From the IMG/VR virus record IMGVR_UViG_3300045988_121676, positions 49,569 through 113,568 of that record: 64,000 bases of DNA. One strand, 5' to 3'. The notes under the pieces are model-generated. The model was not told the DNA's origin, ran no database searches, and worked only from the letters and a program-made list of their open reading frames with translations. This document shows positions 1 to 10,429 of this stretch, piece after piece. Position 1 is the stretch's first letter, and each line of letters begins with the position of its first letter. Position numbers and translations under genes: made by a program. The DNA is from a virus.

Positions 1-3000
1 GAATCTGTTTTATCATCGCCTCTTTCTCCCATAAGTTCACAAGATGTAATAGAAGCCTATGATACGCTTGTGGCTTTTGATGATTATTTTAATGTAAAAT
101 CAAGACAGGAAAAGAAGTTTACAGCCAAAGACAAAGCCATGAGATCCTTGGTAAATGAATACCGAAGGAGTTTGATGGACTATAGGAATATGAATAACTT
201 CTTGTCTAAGATGCTTGATAAAAGATTCTTAGCTGAGGAAAACAGGGGATTTTCAAAAGCGCTGTCTTCTCTATGGTCTACTCCTTATAAGGGGGATGAT
301 AAGGTTCCTGATTTTGCAGAGCCTAATAAAGTTGGTGAATATGACACTGATGAGGTAGTAGATCAAGCTGTGTCAGAAGGTAAGATTTCGGAAGACGAAG
401 CTTGGACTATCAAGGCTTTTATGCATGCTCTTGATAAAGTAAGGGAAGATAGGATGAAGGAAGCAGAAGACGATATAAAAGAGTCACCGCTTACGGAGTC
501 TGTATCGGATGAAGATTATGAGGCTGCTATGGATAATCCTATTATGGTTCCGGTTGTAAGGCAGTCTATAATTGATAAACTATATACAGGTAATGCCGAT
601 CTTCTTACTGCGAGAGAAAAAGATGTGTATGATAAATACAAACAAGATTTTGATGATTATGTATCGTCTTTAGGTGATAGTCCTGTTAATCTCATTAAAT
701 CATTATCTGAAAAGGCTGATAGGCTTACAAGTCCGAGATCTGTGTATGAGGATAATAAAGCTATTATTGATATGGCTAAATCCAATTTGGAACCAGATCA
801 AAGGAAGGAACTTGATGATGCTATTTCTTCGTATGTTGATATAATGAACAGACGGGACAAAGGGGAGAAAGTTGACGAAGATAAGCTTGCTGATTCGGTA
901 TTTACCATAGAAGATCTTGGCCAGGTTGGAAACATCACGGATCTCCTTCCTTATGTTGAACAAAACAGGATTATTGATAAAGGTCGTATTTCCGAATCTA
1001 CGTTAAGTAATTTTGGGGAGGATGATGCTAATATAGATTCTCTTGTAAATGAATTAGACGAATCTGATAATACGCCGGGAGCCAATATAGATAGCGCCCA
1101 GAATCCAGAGACGTTGATGGTAAGAAGAATCTCCAATGACGGCGATGAAAGGTATGAAATTGCAGGTCTTAGAGCTGACAAATTTGTATCTTCGATAAAA
1201 TCATTGGTTCCTATTCAAATAAGTTCTGAAACGAACGCTAATGGCACTAAAAGGTATTCCCTTAACATAGGTGGAGAAACGGCTAATATAATGGAATTGC
1301 CTTATCATGCAAGATGGTCTATAGACAAAGAATCGGCTCGTGTTCTTAACCGTTACACAGATGTGTCTATCCAAGACGTGGGTAATTCCTATTCTTTGGT
1401 TTATAAGCGTCTTGATTCAGATGAGTTGGTTCCGTACAGAACAGGTGTTGGATTCGGGGAGAATGAAGTAGATAAAATAGACCAAGAAGCATTATCTTCT
1501 TTGAAGAAAGGAGATAAGGTTAATCTTGAGATAGATGTCAATGATACTTATAATCAGTCTCTTTTTACCGAATATGATAACGCTGTTCAGTCCGGAGATA
1601 GAAATAAAATAGAATCTGCCGAAAATAAGTTGGTATCCAATATGGTTATCAAGGTCATGAGTGGAAACAGATTCGTTTCTGTTGTAAAAGCTGACACGGG
1701 TGGCATAGATGGTATAAGTAAAATAAGGAGAACGGCCTTTAATAAGTGGAAGAAGGACGCCGGCCGGTCAGCTACCATCGGCGTCGGCACGCATGTTGTT
1801 GCCCAGACCCTTCCCGGAAGACCGGTGTTTAACATGAAGGTAAACGGTCAAGGATATGGCCAGGTAGAAAATCTCCCCATTACCGAAAAAGGTGCTGAAA
1901 AAGTATCTGATGTCGGATATGTATTAAATGGCAAAGTCGTGCTTAAGAACGGATCTAAATACACAGGATTCCCATTTGCTTATTCTATATTAAACGATAA
2001 GAAAAACAATTACAAAAATGTAAGAGTTCCGGTAGTCGTTATCAAGGGTAAAAATGGTCTTAATTATCTTTTCCCTGTTAGTCTACGTTCTGTAGAATCA
2101 GAGGAAGGGAATAAATGGATGTCTTTTATAGATATGCTACTTGAATCTGGTGATTCTGAATTGCTACAGATAGGTCAAGATGACATACAAGATCTCAATG
2201 CGTATCTAACCAAGTTAGGCCTTGATCCGGCTTCATATCAGGTATCGTATTTGAATCCTATTTCAGGGCTTAGGAAAGCTCGTGAGGCTATAGAAAAATT
2301 ATCTACGGTCCCTGATGTTGTTAAGTGGGTAGAAGATGGAAGTAGGAGTGTGAAAGATATTGTGACGTCTGAAGTAGAATCTGGAATAGATTTCGAAGGT
2401 GAGATGTTTGTTGCTCCTAAGATCAGGATTCAGTTTGGTAAATCATCTTCCAGCCCTAAGTCGCTTATAGAGGATGATCTTCCTTTCTATGATGAGGGTA
2501 AGACCGTTACTTCTAAAGAATACGTGGATGTTTATGAAGAGGAAATGCCAGAGGAAGAACAGCAGCCGGCTGCCGGCAAGACTGCCCCAGTACAGCAGCC
2601 TACAGCCACGAGCGGCTCGTCAGTTTCTTCTACTGGAACAACCAGGACTACAAGGAAGTCTTTTGCTGCAAGGTTAGAGGATATAGAATCTTATATAAAG
2701 GAAAACAACTTACCCCCTTTTGCTAATATCTATGATTTTATAGCAAGAAAGATTGTAGGTGGAGATATTAGATTTTTAAGACAAAGAGGTAATCCTAAAG
2801 ATCTTAAGTCTGAAATGGGGTTAGACCCTAAGGGTACTGTAGGTGATAGAATATCTTACAGTAAGGGTTTGACTATGGATGAATACGTTGATTACCTAAA
2901 GAAAAGCAAAGAGCAAGTAGTTGTAGATTATTTAAATAGTAGAAATGGCAACAACGAACAAATTATATCAGAGTTGAAAAACTTTTTGAAATATATTAAT

Positions 3001-4266
3001 TTTGTTCCAAGTAAGGCTTTGAATTATTCTCTTAGAGTCAATGGCATGGATATCCTAAAAGAATATGGCACAAAAGAGGAAGTAGAAAAAATGGAATCTG
3101 ATATCAATAGTTTGGTTTCTAAAGTTTTGCCTACGGTGGATAATAAAACTGTAGAAGATGTTTCTACTGCAATAAAATCAAACAACTTGCCTGCCATATG
3201 GGAGCCCGTGGAAAGCCTTGATATGACAAACGAGGAAAAAATAGAGTTTTTGAATAACGTAGCAGATTTCCTTAGCGGCATACCAGAGTATGATGCTGTC
3301 GTGGAGTCTATAGAGTCAGAATCAGATAATATTTTAAATGATGGAAAAGAAGGAAGTGCAGAAGGCGGTGCAGTACGCACTGAGGAAGATGGCGATAAAA
3401 AGGGAGATGGAGAAGGCAAAGGACAATCCAGAACAAATGTCGAAGTTAAAGGAAATGTCGAATTACCTGGATATGAAGAAGGAAGAGTAGATAACTATAG
3501 GAAGAACGGAGATAAGTTCTCTGACATTGCTGAAGTCACTTTATGGCTACTTAGAAGGGCTGCCGGCATAACCTCTATCCCGGAAGGAGAAGAGGTTTAT
3601 GTAGAGGGAGATGAGGTTAATAGTATTATGACCGATATGGAATCAAGGTATGGTATAGACACCATCAATCACTCGCATACGACTAAGGCTATAAGGGATC
3701 TTAACGGCGTATCAGGTTATAAAGTAGAATACGGCTTAACCTTTTTGACATACGATCCTTTTATTAGGATATCCAATCCAAGGGAAGAATATAAGGCTGC
3801 GAAAGACGAGCCTCGTATATCCGAAGAACCGCTTACTCACATATCAAGGGTGACAACCCCTTATTTCCTGTACGGCGGCGATGAAGCATATACATCTGTT
3901 CCGGCTAAGGTAGAACCTATACCGGAGAAGATAATGGGTCGTAATGGCATTAAATTTGGTATGAGTGTAGTCGAGTTAACCAAATTAGGGTACAAAAAAG
4001 CTGGTGGAAACTGGATATATAAATTCTATATGAACTCAGGTGTGTATGATTTGTATAATATCAGTACCGGTGAAGCGTTTAGGGCAAAACCGGATCTTGG
4101 AGTTAAGATAAGTTCCAGCGCATTCATCCATTCTTTATCTCAATCTGGTAGGAAAATACAAAATATGATTAGTAATATGAGCCAGGAAGAGATAGATAGG
4201 AATAAGAATCTTGTAGAAGGTTCTGATAATTCGGATTCGATAAATGAGTTAAATAAGGAGTGTTGA
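1..4266 (+). CDS. giant virion/cargo-like protein, 5'-partial (>1420 aa; open frame continues upstream of position 70)
   Basis: ORF 70..4266 has no stop between position 1 and 70 in the same frame; acidic low-complexity tracts; no catalytic motif recognised. Confidence 0.75.
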   Translation, partial: ESVLSSPLSPISSQDVIEAYDTLVAFDDYFNVKSRQEKKFTAKDKAMRSLVNEYRRSLMDYRNMNNFLSKMLDKRFLAEENRGFSKALSSLWSTPYKGDDKVPDFAEPNKVGEYDTDEVVDQAVSEGKISEDEAWTIKAFMHALDKVREDRMKEAEDDIKESPLTESVSDEDYEAAMDNPIMVPVVRQSIIDKLYTGNADLLTAREKDVYDKYKQDFDDYVSSLGDSPVNLIKSLSEKADRLTSPRSVYEDNKAIIDMAKSNLEPDQRKELDDAISSYVDIMNRRDKGEKVDEDKLADSVFTIEDLGQVGNITDLLPYVEQNRIIDKGRISESTLSNFGEDDANIDSLVNELDESDNTPGANIDSAQNPETLMVRRISNDGDERYEIAGLRADKFVSSIKSLVPIQISSETNANGTKRYSLNIGGETANIMELPYHARWSIDKESARVLNRYTDVSIQDVGNSYSLVYKRLDSDELVPYRTGVGFGENEVDKIDQEALSSLKKGDKVNLEIDVNDTYNQSLFTEYDNAVQSGDRNKIESAENKLVSNMVIKVMSGNRFVSVVKADTGGIDGISKIRRTAFNKWKKDAGRSATIGVGTHVVAQTLPGRPVFNMKVNGQGYGQVENLPITEKGAEKVSDVGYVLNGKVVLKNGSKYTGFPFAYSILNDKKNNYKNVRVPVVVIKGKNGLNYLFPVSLRSVESEEGNKWMSFIDMLLESGDSELLQIGQDDIQDLNAYLTKLGLDPASYQVSYLNPISGLRKAREAIEKLSTVPDVVKWVEDGSRSVKDIVTSEVESGIDFEGEMFVAPKIRIQFGKSSSSPKSLIEDDLPFYDEGKTVTSKEYVDVYEEEMPEEEQQPAAGKTAPVQQPTATSGSSVSSTGTTRTTRKSFAARLEDIESYIKENNLPPFANIYDFIARKIVGGDIRFLRQRGNPKDLKSEMGLDPKGTVGDRISYSKGLTMDEYVDYLKKSKEQVVVDYLNSRNGNNEQIISELKNFLKYINFVPSKALNYSLRVNGMDILKEYGTKEEVEKMESDINSLVSKVLPTVDNKTVEDVSTAIKSNNLPAIWEPVESLDMTNEEKIEFLNNVADFLSGIPEYDAVVESIESESDNILNDGKEGSAEGGAVRTEEDGDKKGDGEGKGQSRTNVEVKGNVELPGYEEGRVDNYRKNGDKFSDIAEVTLWLLRRAAGITSIPEGEEVYVEGDEVNSIMTDMESRYGIDTINHSHTTKAIRDLNGVSGYKVEYGLTFLTYDPFIRISNPREEYKAAKDEPRISEEPLTHISRVTTPYFLYGGDEAYTSVPAKVEPIPEKIMGRNGIKFGMSVVELTKLGYKKAGGNWIYKFYMNSGVYDLYNISTGEAFRAKPDLGVKISSSAFIHSLSQSGRKIQNMISNMSQEEIDRNKNLVEGSDNSDSINELNKEC

Positions 4267-4847
4267 GTATGAGAAGGAGATACGGAGATGTTTCAAGTTT
4301 TGTTCAGTATCAGTTGAAGACCAATCAGCAGGGGAATATAGAGGTTTATGTTGATGACAGGTTTGTTGGAAACGTAAGTGAAGGAGTCTGTAATTGGAAG
4401 GATATTGAATACAAGAGTAAGGTTACTATATCTTTGAAAGGAGTCGAGGATAAGGCTAAAACTTCAAGTAAAAGAGTCGGTCCTTATTGTCGCATTTATA
4501 GCATATTTGGAGAAAATGAATCTTATCATGCAGGTCCGGATAGTAATATAAAAAAGAGTCCGGTTACCACCTTTATAATGTATTGTTATAAAAATGGGGA
4601 TATTACAACTACCACTACTTATACTAAAAATTTATCTAGAACTCTTCAGATAGGTAAAACACAATTGACTATCAATTACAAACAAAGTAAAAGTCAGTAT
4701 TTCTCCGGTGGTCCTGGAGATTATGTAACATCCGTATCTGATTTCCCTTTTGTTACTGGTCCAGGAAATGATAGCGTTGAGTTCGAAGGAGAGGGAAGAT
4801 TGATAGTTGAGACAGAGGCTTCGCATTATGAAATAGAAGTTTCATAA
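4260..4847 (+). CDS. hypothetical protein (track start is GTG; ATG at ~4269 preceded by AAGGAG is the more likely start)
   Basis: 192-195 aa ORF whose start overlaps the stop of the upstream giant gene (coupled). Confidence 0.55.
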   Translation: MLSMRRRYGDVSSFVQYQLKTNQQGNIEVYVDDRFVGNVSEGVCNWKDIEYKSKVTISLKGVEDKAKTSSKRVGPYCRIYSIFGENESYHAGPDSNIKKSPVTTFIMYCYKNGDITTTTTYTKNLSRTLQIGKTQLTINYKQSKSQYFSGGPGDYVTSVSDFPFVTGPGNDSVEFEGEGRLIVETEASHYEIEVS

Positions 4848-4867
4848 TTTCTATTTTTATACTATCT

Positions 4868-7144
4868 TTGTCTAAAATATTTATCACTATGGGTGTCAAA
4901 TGTCAGATAGAAAAAAAGGAAAATGAAATAAAACGGGTTAAGGCTCCTAACGGGGAGCCTTCCGTTCTTTACGAAAGTGCTTTAAAAGTATTAGGAAACA
5001 GCGAGCGGGCTCTTCAGGTATGGGCTAAGGCTTACACTCCTGGTTTTTTGTCGTATTACGGTCATTGGAATAACCCGGCTCCAGGGGAGATGTTTGACAC
5101 CGATCCCAATGGCGAACCTCTTTTAGAAGATGTGCTGTCGTATATGAAGCGTCAGACTTATTTTGCTGATCCTTTAACGGCTCAGGATGTTAAGGATGTA
5201 AGAGATGTTATGATATCCAATTCCATATATAGCATACGATCTCTTATTAATAGAGTTAGAAGCTCTTTTTATGTGGATGGCAATCTTATCCTAAATGAAG
5301 AAAATCTAAGAAGATCCGGCTTGTATAATGAGACGGAAATAAGTAGGATATTAGATAATCCTTCTGTATTCAATGAGGTCAGCTCTTTTATGAGGCTATT
5401 ATTAGACTATTCTAATAACGAACACGATCTTGGGAAAGAGTTTTACTTCACAACCGTAGAAAAACCATACGGTCCTGTTGTGTATAAAAAAGGCGTCTTC
5501 AATAAATTAGGAAAGAGAGCATCATACAATCCGGCTGAAGTTTATGAGGCTATAAAAAATACAGTAGGAGGTATTAGTGTTGCTTCAGAGTTTGATGCTG
5601 CTTTCGGATCTTTATCTGATTCATATCCGGAGTTAGTTGAAAGATATCAGTCGGATAAGAGTTTTGCCTTGTCGATGTTCAACGAATTTTCGAATATGAA
5701 CATCGTTCCGGTTGTGGCTTTAGAAGATAATAATATCGTAGAAGGGAAGAGACGGTCATTATCAAAGTTGCAAGATTATGCTTATTACAGCCCTATTGGA
5801 TCTGAGTCATTACGAGCTCGTATATCAGCCTTTCTAAATAGGGTTAATGCTGATACAGAAGAAGACCTTAGAAGTATGATATGGGACGTAGAAGAGGCTT
5901 GTGTGGGTCTTGGTATAGATATCGTAGGCGTGTCTAAGGCATATGACGGAACAGAAGAATCGCTGAATAAAATTGATAGCTTGATGTTGGATCTTGATAT
6001 TTATGTAGCAAGGCGCAACGATGATACTTATGCTCCTACTTTAGCTTCTGCTATTGATGACGTTCTTGGAGATAGCAGGGATCGCCGTGTTATGTTTTTG
6101 CCAGAGTATATGGATAATATGAATATCGTTTATATGGAATCTGACATAGATCCAGTATCGGCATTTGAAAATCATTCTCTGCTTTATCTTGGTGGAAACC
6201 TATATCATAAGGTAGAAAGAGATAATTTAGGTGATTTGTACGATATGGCTGCCGAGCTTGCCAAGCAGAGCCTAACTTATTTCCCACCTGGCATCTATCC
6301 AGAATATTGTTTTAAAGATGGTGTTTTAGATAAGCTCCGCGTGAAAAACGTAGATAGTAAGGCCCTTGCTGATTCTATTAAAAAATACGTCCTGTCTTAT
6401 ACCGATTCTCAGAATACGGAAGAGATGAATGCTACCAGATTGGCGTTTGGTCATCTTGTTATTCCTGAAAGTCCGTATGTTAATGAAGAACGGGAGTTTA
6501 GCCGATACATAAACAGAAAGCAGGACAAAGAGAATCCTTTACTCTTATTCGATTTATACCAATCTTATCTTGAAAATAAGCTTCATAATACGGAAGTGTA
6601 TGAAGGGGCATACAAGTATCTTGACTTTAAACCAGATTATTTGCTGGGTCTTACCGTTTCAGATCCGGATACGTTAAAACAAATTGAACTATCTTTGGCA
6701 GGTAATGATCGTGAACAGCTATTTGAGTATAGCATGAGCAGTACCGATCCTTCTTTTACAGATCTGTTCTATTTGGATTATTATGATATGTTATATGCCG
6801 GTTCTGATTTCTATCACGATCTTTTCACAAAGCATCCTAATCTCTTAAATGAGGTTCGGGATCATAACATAACTAAGCAGGATGGTAATGTTATCGTAGA
6901 AGGGTTGTATAATAATTTTATCAGAATAGGGAACACAGTGTTCACTAAAGTCGGCGAGAGTAGTTCCGGCTCTATCTACCAAAATCTAACAGGAACCGAA
7001 TCGGAGGTGAAATACGATTCTACTCAGAAGGCTAAGACGGTAGAAACTGATTACGCTCCATACCAAAACAGATCTGGCTTGACGCAAGACATGACCGTAA
7101 GCAAGTCTGAATTGGATGATCTTAACAAATTGGAATGCAGGTAA
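4868..7144 (+). CDS. hypothetical large protein (758 aa), probable virion/cargo protein
   Basis: long intact ORF co-oriented with flanking giant genes; no recognisable motif. Confidence 0.7.
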   Translation: MSKIFITMGVKCQIEKKENEIKRVKAPNGEPSVLYESALKVLGNSERALQVWAKAYTPGFLSYYGHWNNPAPGEMFDTDPNGEPLLEDVLSYMKRQTYFADPLTAQDVKDVRDVMISNSIYSIRSLINRVRSSFYVDGNLILNEENLRRSGLYNETEISRILDNPSVFNEVSSFMRLLLDYSNNEHDLGKEFYFTTVEKPYGPVVYKKGVFNKLGKRASYNPAEVYEAIKNTVGGISVASEFDAAFGSLSDSYPELVERYQSDKSFALSMFNEFSNMNIVPVVALEDNNIVEGKRRSLSKLQDYAYYSPIGSESLRARISAFLNRVNADTEEDLRSMIWDVEEACVGLGIDIVGVSKAYDGTEESLNKIDSLMLDLDIYVARRNDDTYAPTLASAIDDVLGDSRDRRVMFLPEYMDNMNIVYMESDIDPVSAFENHSLLYLGGNLYHKVERDNLGDLYDMAAELAKQSLTYFPPGIYPEYCFKDGVLDKLRVKNVDSKALADSIKKYVLSYTDSQNTEEMNATRLAFGHLVIPESPYVNEEREFSRYINRKQDKENPLLLFDLYQSYLENKLHNTEVYEGAYKYLDFKPDYLLGLTVSDPDTLKQIELSLAGNDREQLFEYSMSSTDPSFTDLFYLDYYDMLYAGSDFYHDLFTKHPNLLNEVRDHNITKQDGNVIVEGLYNNFIRIGNTVFTKVGESSSGSIYQNLTGTESEVKYDSTQKAKTVETDYAPYQNRSGLTQDMTVSKSELDDLNKLECR

Positions 7145-7149
7145 TTTTT

Positions 7150-7172
7150 GTATATATATATATATAATATAG
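7150..7172. repeat. (TA)n microsatellite
   Basis: tgtatatatatatatataatata immediately after the 758-aa gene stop. Confidence 0.6.
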
Positions 7173-7196
7173 TTTTTTCATAGTTATAATTTGGGA

Positions 7197-7228
7197 AGTG
7201 AGGCTTGTGAAAGTCTCACTTTTCTTAT
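7197..7228 (+). terminator. rho-independent terminator-like hairpin (8-bp stem, GTGA tetraloop, U-run)
   Basis: tgaggctt-gtga-aagtctca followed by cttttctt, ~50 nt after the stop of the 758-aa gene. Confidence 0.45.
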
Positions 7229-7656
7229 ATATGCACGTATATCAATAACATACAAGAAAAGTTAGATTTTCATTGTTTATGAATTATTTTTGTTAAGTTT
7301 GCAATATTAGTTTCAGGAAGGGATTATGGAAATAAGGAAAAAGCAAGAACCGAACGTAACTAATAACAGTAGGAAATGAGAATCAGTACCATCAAACGTA
7401 ACAACAGCATTCATCTTATGTATAAAAACATTATGAATGATTTAGGTCAATTAAGAACTGTAGTTTCAAAATCCTATATTTATAATCTGATACAAAATCA
7501 AACCGGATTAAGTATCAGAATTATATCCCATGTCTTGAATCACACAAAAGAACAGGATACAGATTCTTTGTGAAAGGCATACATTTTCCTACATTTGTGT
7601 GTTCTTTAGTTTTTAGATTTAAGTTTTTCATGGTATTAGTTTAGATTAGTGTAGAT

Positions 7657-7690
7657 CAGGGCTCGCAGTGATGCGGGCCCTGGTTTGATT
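7657..7690 (+). promoter_or_regulatory. 11-bp stem hairpin with GTGA loop followed by a T-rich tract
   Basis: cagggctcgca-gtga-tgcgggccctg then gtttgattt; a terminator or structured RNA element. Confidence 0.3.
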
Positions 7691-7759
7691 TAAAAAGTAT
7701 TAAAATATTTGCTATTTAAGATCCTGTTCCTATCTTTGTTTCAGAAACAATGAACAACG

Positions 7760-7829
7760 AGATCCCACCTCTGGTTGTTTGATGTTGAAAGATATTTTTG
7801 GCTCATTAGGGTTTGTCATAGTGGGATCT
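7760..7829. promoter_or_regulatory. 9-bp inverted repeat (agatcccac / gtgggatct) spanning the region immediately upstream of the bro start
   Basis: perfect 9-bp arms about 50 nt apart, ending 30 nt before the ATG at 7861; candidate operator. Confidence 0.3.
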
Positions 7830-7860
7830 GACATTCTCTTTTGGGCCTATTTTTTTTATC

Positions 7861-8760
7861 ATGGATAAAGTTTCTGTTTTTGAAAGTTCGGATTTTGGAG
7901 AGCTTAGAATTATTGTAGATCCAAAAGGAGATGTTTGGTTTGTGGCGTCAGATGTGGCTAAATCTCTTGGATATATAAATGCTAAAGATGCGGTAAAAAG
8001 ACATGTAGATGATGATGATTCTATGCTTTTGCAAGTATCTGATAATCAATGGGGCGTAAAACGATCTATATTGAAAACCAGATATATAGATAGTATAAGA
8101 ATAATTAATGAATCTGGTTTATATTCTCTTATATTATCTTCAAAATTAGAGTCTGCTAAGAGATTTAAGAAATGGGTAACATCTGAGGTTCTTCCTTCTA
8201 TTCGTAAAACAGGAGAATACAAAACAAGTTCAGGCGGCAAGGGAATTTTGGTTCCTGACTTTTCTAATCCAGCAGATGCGGCAAGGGCATGGGCTGATCA
8301 GTATGAAGCTGCTCAGAGAGCTATAGCTGAAAAGTCGCAGGCAGAGGCAGAGAAGCAACAAGCCTTGAAAACAATAGAAGAGCATAAACCTGATGTGGAA
8401 TTTGCCGAGTCTTTTAGGAAAGTAGACCATAATAATATGTGGTTGATTCGTGATATTGCTAAAAAGTTAGAACAGAATGGTGTTATTATCGCCGAAAAGA
8501 ATCTTCGATCATTTCTTGAAGAAGCTAAGTTTATGTTTAGAAACGGTCTTGGAAAATGGGAACTATATAGCAATGTTGTAGCTAAAGGATATGGAGTATA
8601 TAGGTCTTATTTTGTTGATAAATATTCTGGTGAAAGAGTTAATCAACAAACTATCTACATGACAGGATCTGGATACGAAGTGACCCTCAATGGCATAAAA
8701 GGAAAACTCAAAAATGTATTTTTAAAATATGGTAAAATTCTACTTGCTTTATGCAGATAG
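7861..8760 (+). CDS. Bro-N domain / KilA-C phage antirepressor family protein
   Basis: N-terminal FGELRIIVDPKGDVWFVASDVAKSLGY is a Bro-N signature; C-terminal ANT/KilA-C-like region. Confidence 0.75.
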   Translation: MDKVSVFESSDFGELRIIVDPKGDVWFVASDVAKSLGYINAKDAVKRHVDDDDSMLLQVSDNQWGVKRSILKTRYIDSIRIINESGLYSLILSSKLESAKRFKKWVTSEVLPSIRKTGEYKTSSGGKGILVPDFSNPADAARAWADQYEAAQRAIAEKSQAEAEKQQALKTIEEHKPDVEFAESFRKVDHNNMWLIRDIAKKLEQNGVIIAEKNLRSFLEEAKFMFRNGLGKWELYSNVVAKGYGVYRSYFVDKYSGERVNQQTIYMTGSGYEVTLNGIKGKLKNVFLKYGKILLALCR

Positions 8761-9577
8761 TCTTTGATCTTGTTATTCCTTTTGTCGGTTAATGACCTTA
8801 TTTGTTTTGAAATCTGTTTATTGTCTTTTAACTTAGATTTTAAGAATGCTAACCTTTTGTTATAATATTGGTTAATAGACTTTAGTGGTCTACCATTGAT
8901 GATAAAACAAGAACCGGTGTTTGAAACACAAGATGCTAAATTATCCAATCCTATGTCGATGCCAAGATAGTTCCCATTATCGGACATAAGATTCTTTTCC
9001 TTCTTATTGTAAACTATTTCAAGAACAATATACCCATTCTTAGGAATGAATCTAAGTTGTTGAATATTTTGCTTGTTAGTTCTTGTTGTAAAGGAAAACT
9101 GTTTTGGTAACTTAACAATGCCTTGTTTTATCCATTTTTGAGAAAAAGCATTTGTTGCAAAAACAGCAGGAAACAAACCACCCTTGTTGAGATACCTTGG
9201 CATTCTTACTTCCTCAGAATACTCACCTCTATTCTTTTTATTAAAGAGATTGAAGAAAGATTTAAAGTTTCTATCAACCATCATCAATACTTGTTGAGCA
9301 ACCGGTGCTGGTAAAGCACCGGTTGCTCAACATCATTTTCTGTTCTTAACTTCTTTTCAAGAGAATAGTAGTTTAGGTACTTATACTTTACAGTATTATC
9401 ATCCTTGTATTGAAAATAATACTGTCTAACAACATATAACCCTTTATTGTATAAGTTTTTACACTTATGCAATAGATCATAAAGTTCATTGTAATAAACA
9501 GAACTTGGTTTGATCGTATGTTGTTCGACTAATCTCATGACACAAATATAGAAATTATTATTTATATATGAAAACAA
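8655..9577 (-). pseudogene. tnpB: decayed TnpB (IS605 OrfB) remnant: N-terminal HTH-like part (9284..9577) plus frameshifted middle part with RuvC-I (8655..9287); C-terminal half absent
   Basis: MRLVEQH..KNLYNKGLYVVRQ and IDIGLDNLA..INQYYNKR..DYLHKAS align to the intact TnpB at 22525..23736; homology stops where the bro gene ends (~8760). Confidence 0.7.
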
Positions 9578-9681
9578 ATTGGCGTATTTGTGGTGTAAAG
9601 TTGTATATAATTACCTAAAGATGTTAAAAATTGGCTCGAATCTTTACCCAAGATCTGAACCTATTTTTTTTCAATACCAGG

Positions 9682-9716
9682 CCCGATGCGATTTTAACGT
9701 ATCGGGTTTTTATTTT
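9682..9716 (+). terminator. terminator-like hairpin (cccgat/atcggg) plus T-run
   Basis: 6-bp stem, 13-nt loop, tttttatttt downstream; lies in the former left-end region of the decayed IS. Confidence 0.3.
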
Positions 9717-10010
9717 AATTCATATTGTTTTATTTTAAATCTAATTAATTCATGAATGTCGTACTTTTGTTGAAAAAGTATTCTATATGGAAAATAAGGA
9801 AGATTACGTTGGTTACGAAGATCAAGAACTGTGTAACCGGTATTACAAAGAGGCTGAAGCCATGAGGCAAAATCAGGACTGGCCTCGGCTTAGGGCTGTC
9901 CCTGCTCCGGCTAAGGGAACGCCATCGCCCGGCTGGGGACAGCTTGGACGTGGAAATGATGTCCGTGTTAAGTATGTTAGCATCAATTCAGGATTAGGAG
10001 GAGATAGGTT

Positions 10011-10226
10011 ATGACTGTAGAAGAATTGGTTAATAAAAGATACGGTGGCGAATTTGTTTTCATGTTTGGTCATCTTGAAGGTAGAACAAGATTCGTTTTT
10101 GAATGCTTTGATCCCAGACCTGATCACGAAGGTAAAAACACTTATATGGTTTCCTATTTTGATAAGGGACTTCGTAGAAGAGATGTGGTAGATGTGCCGT
10201 GTTATATGAATATTTTGCCAAAATAA
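10011..10226 (+). CDS. hypothetical small protein (71 aa)
   Basis: ORF in a co-oriented chain of small island genes. Confidence 0.35.
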   Translation: MTVEELVNKRYGGEFVFMFGHLEGRTRFVFECFDPRPDHEGKNTYMVSYFDKGLRRRDVVDVPCYMNILPK

Positions 10227-10429
10227 TGGAAACATTAATCTTAGATGTACCTGTATTTTCCGGTAAGATTATTTCTCCTATCTGGATTAAAGCCGTAAGA
10301 GATTTTCAATCCAAATCGAAGACAGAAAGAGACTCGTATTGTTTGATTTGTGGATGTACAGGAGGGTGTAACTTGTGCGATGATATAAGTAAATATAGGA
10401 TTTCAGAACAATTAAAATATTACAAATAA
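10199..10429 (+). CDS. hypothetical small Cys-rich protein (76 aa; CLICGCTGGCNLC)
   Basis: ORF whose stop overlaps the start of the downstream Tad2-like gene. Confidence 0.35.
   Translation: MLYEYFAKIMETLILDVPVFSGKIISPIWIKAVRDFQSKSKTERDSYCLICGCTGGCNLCDDISKYRISEQLKYYK

Noticed and set aside
703-3419. Several 60-130-aa antisense ORFs inside the giant + strand genes (for example 703..963, 951..1181, 1587..1835, 3024..3419, and many inside 13955..20377)
   Set aside because: All are embedded in long ORFs with clear coding periodicity and have low-complexity or hydrophobic junk-like sequences.
4632-4826. 64-aa minus-strand ORF inside the 195-aa gene
   Set aside because: It is fully embedded antisense in a stronger ORF and has no independent support.
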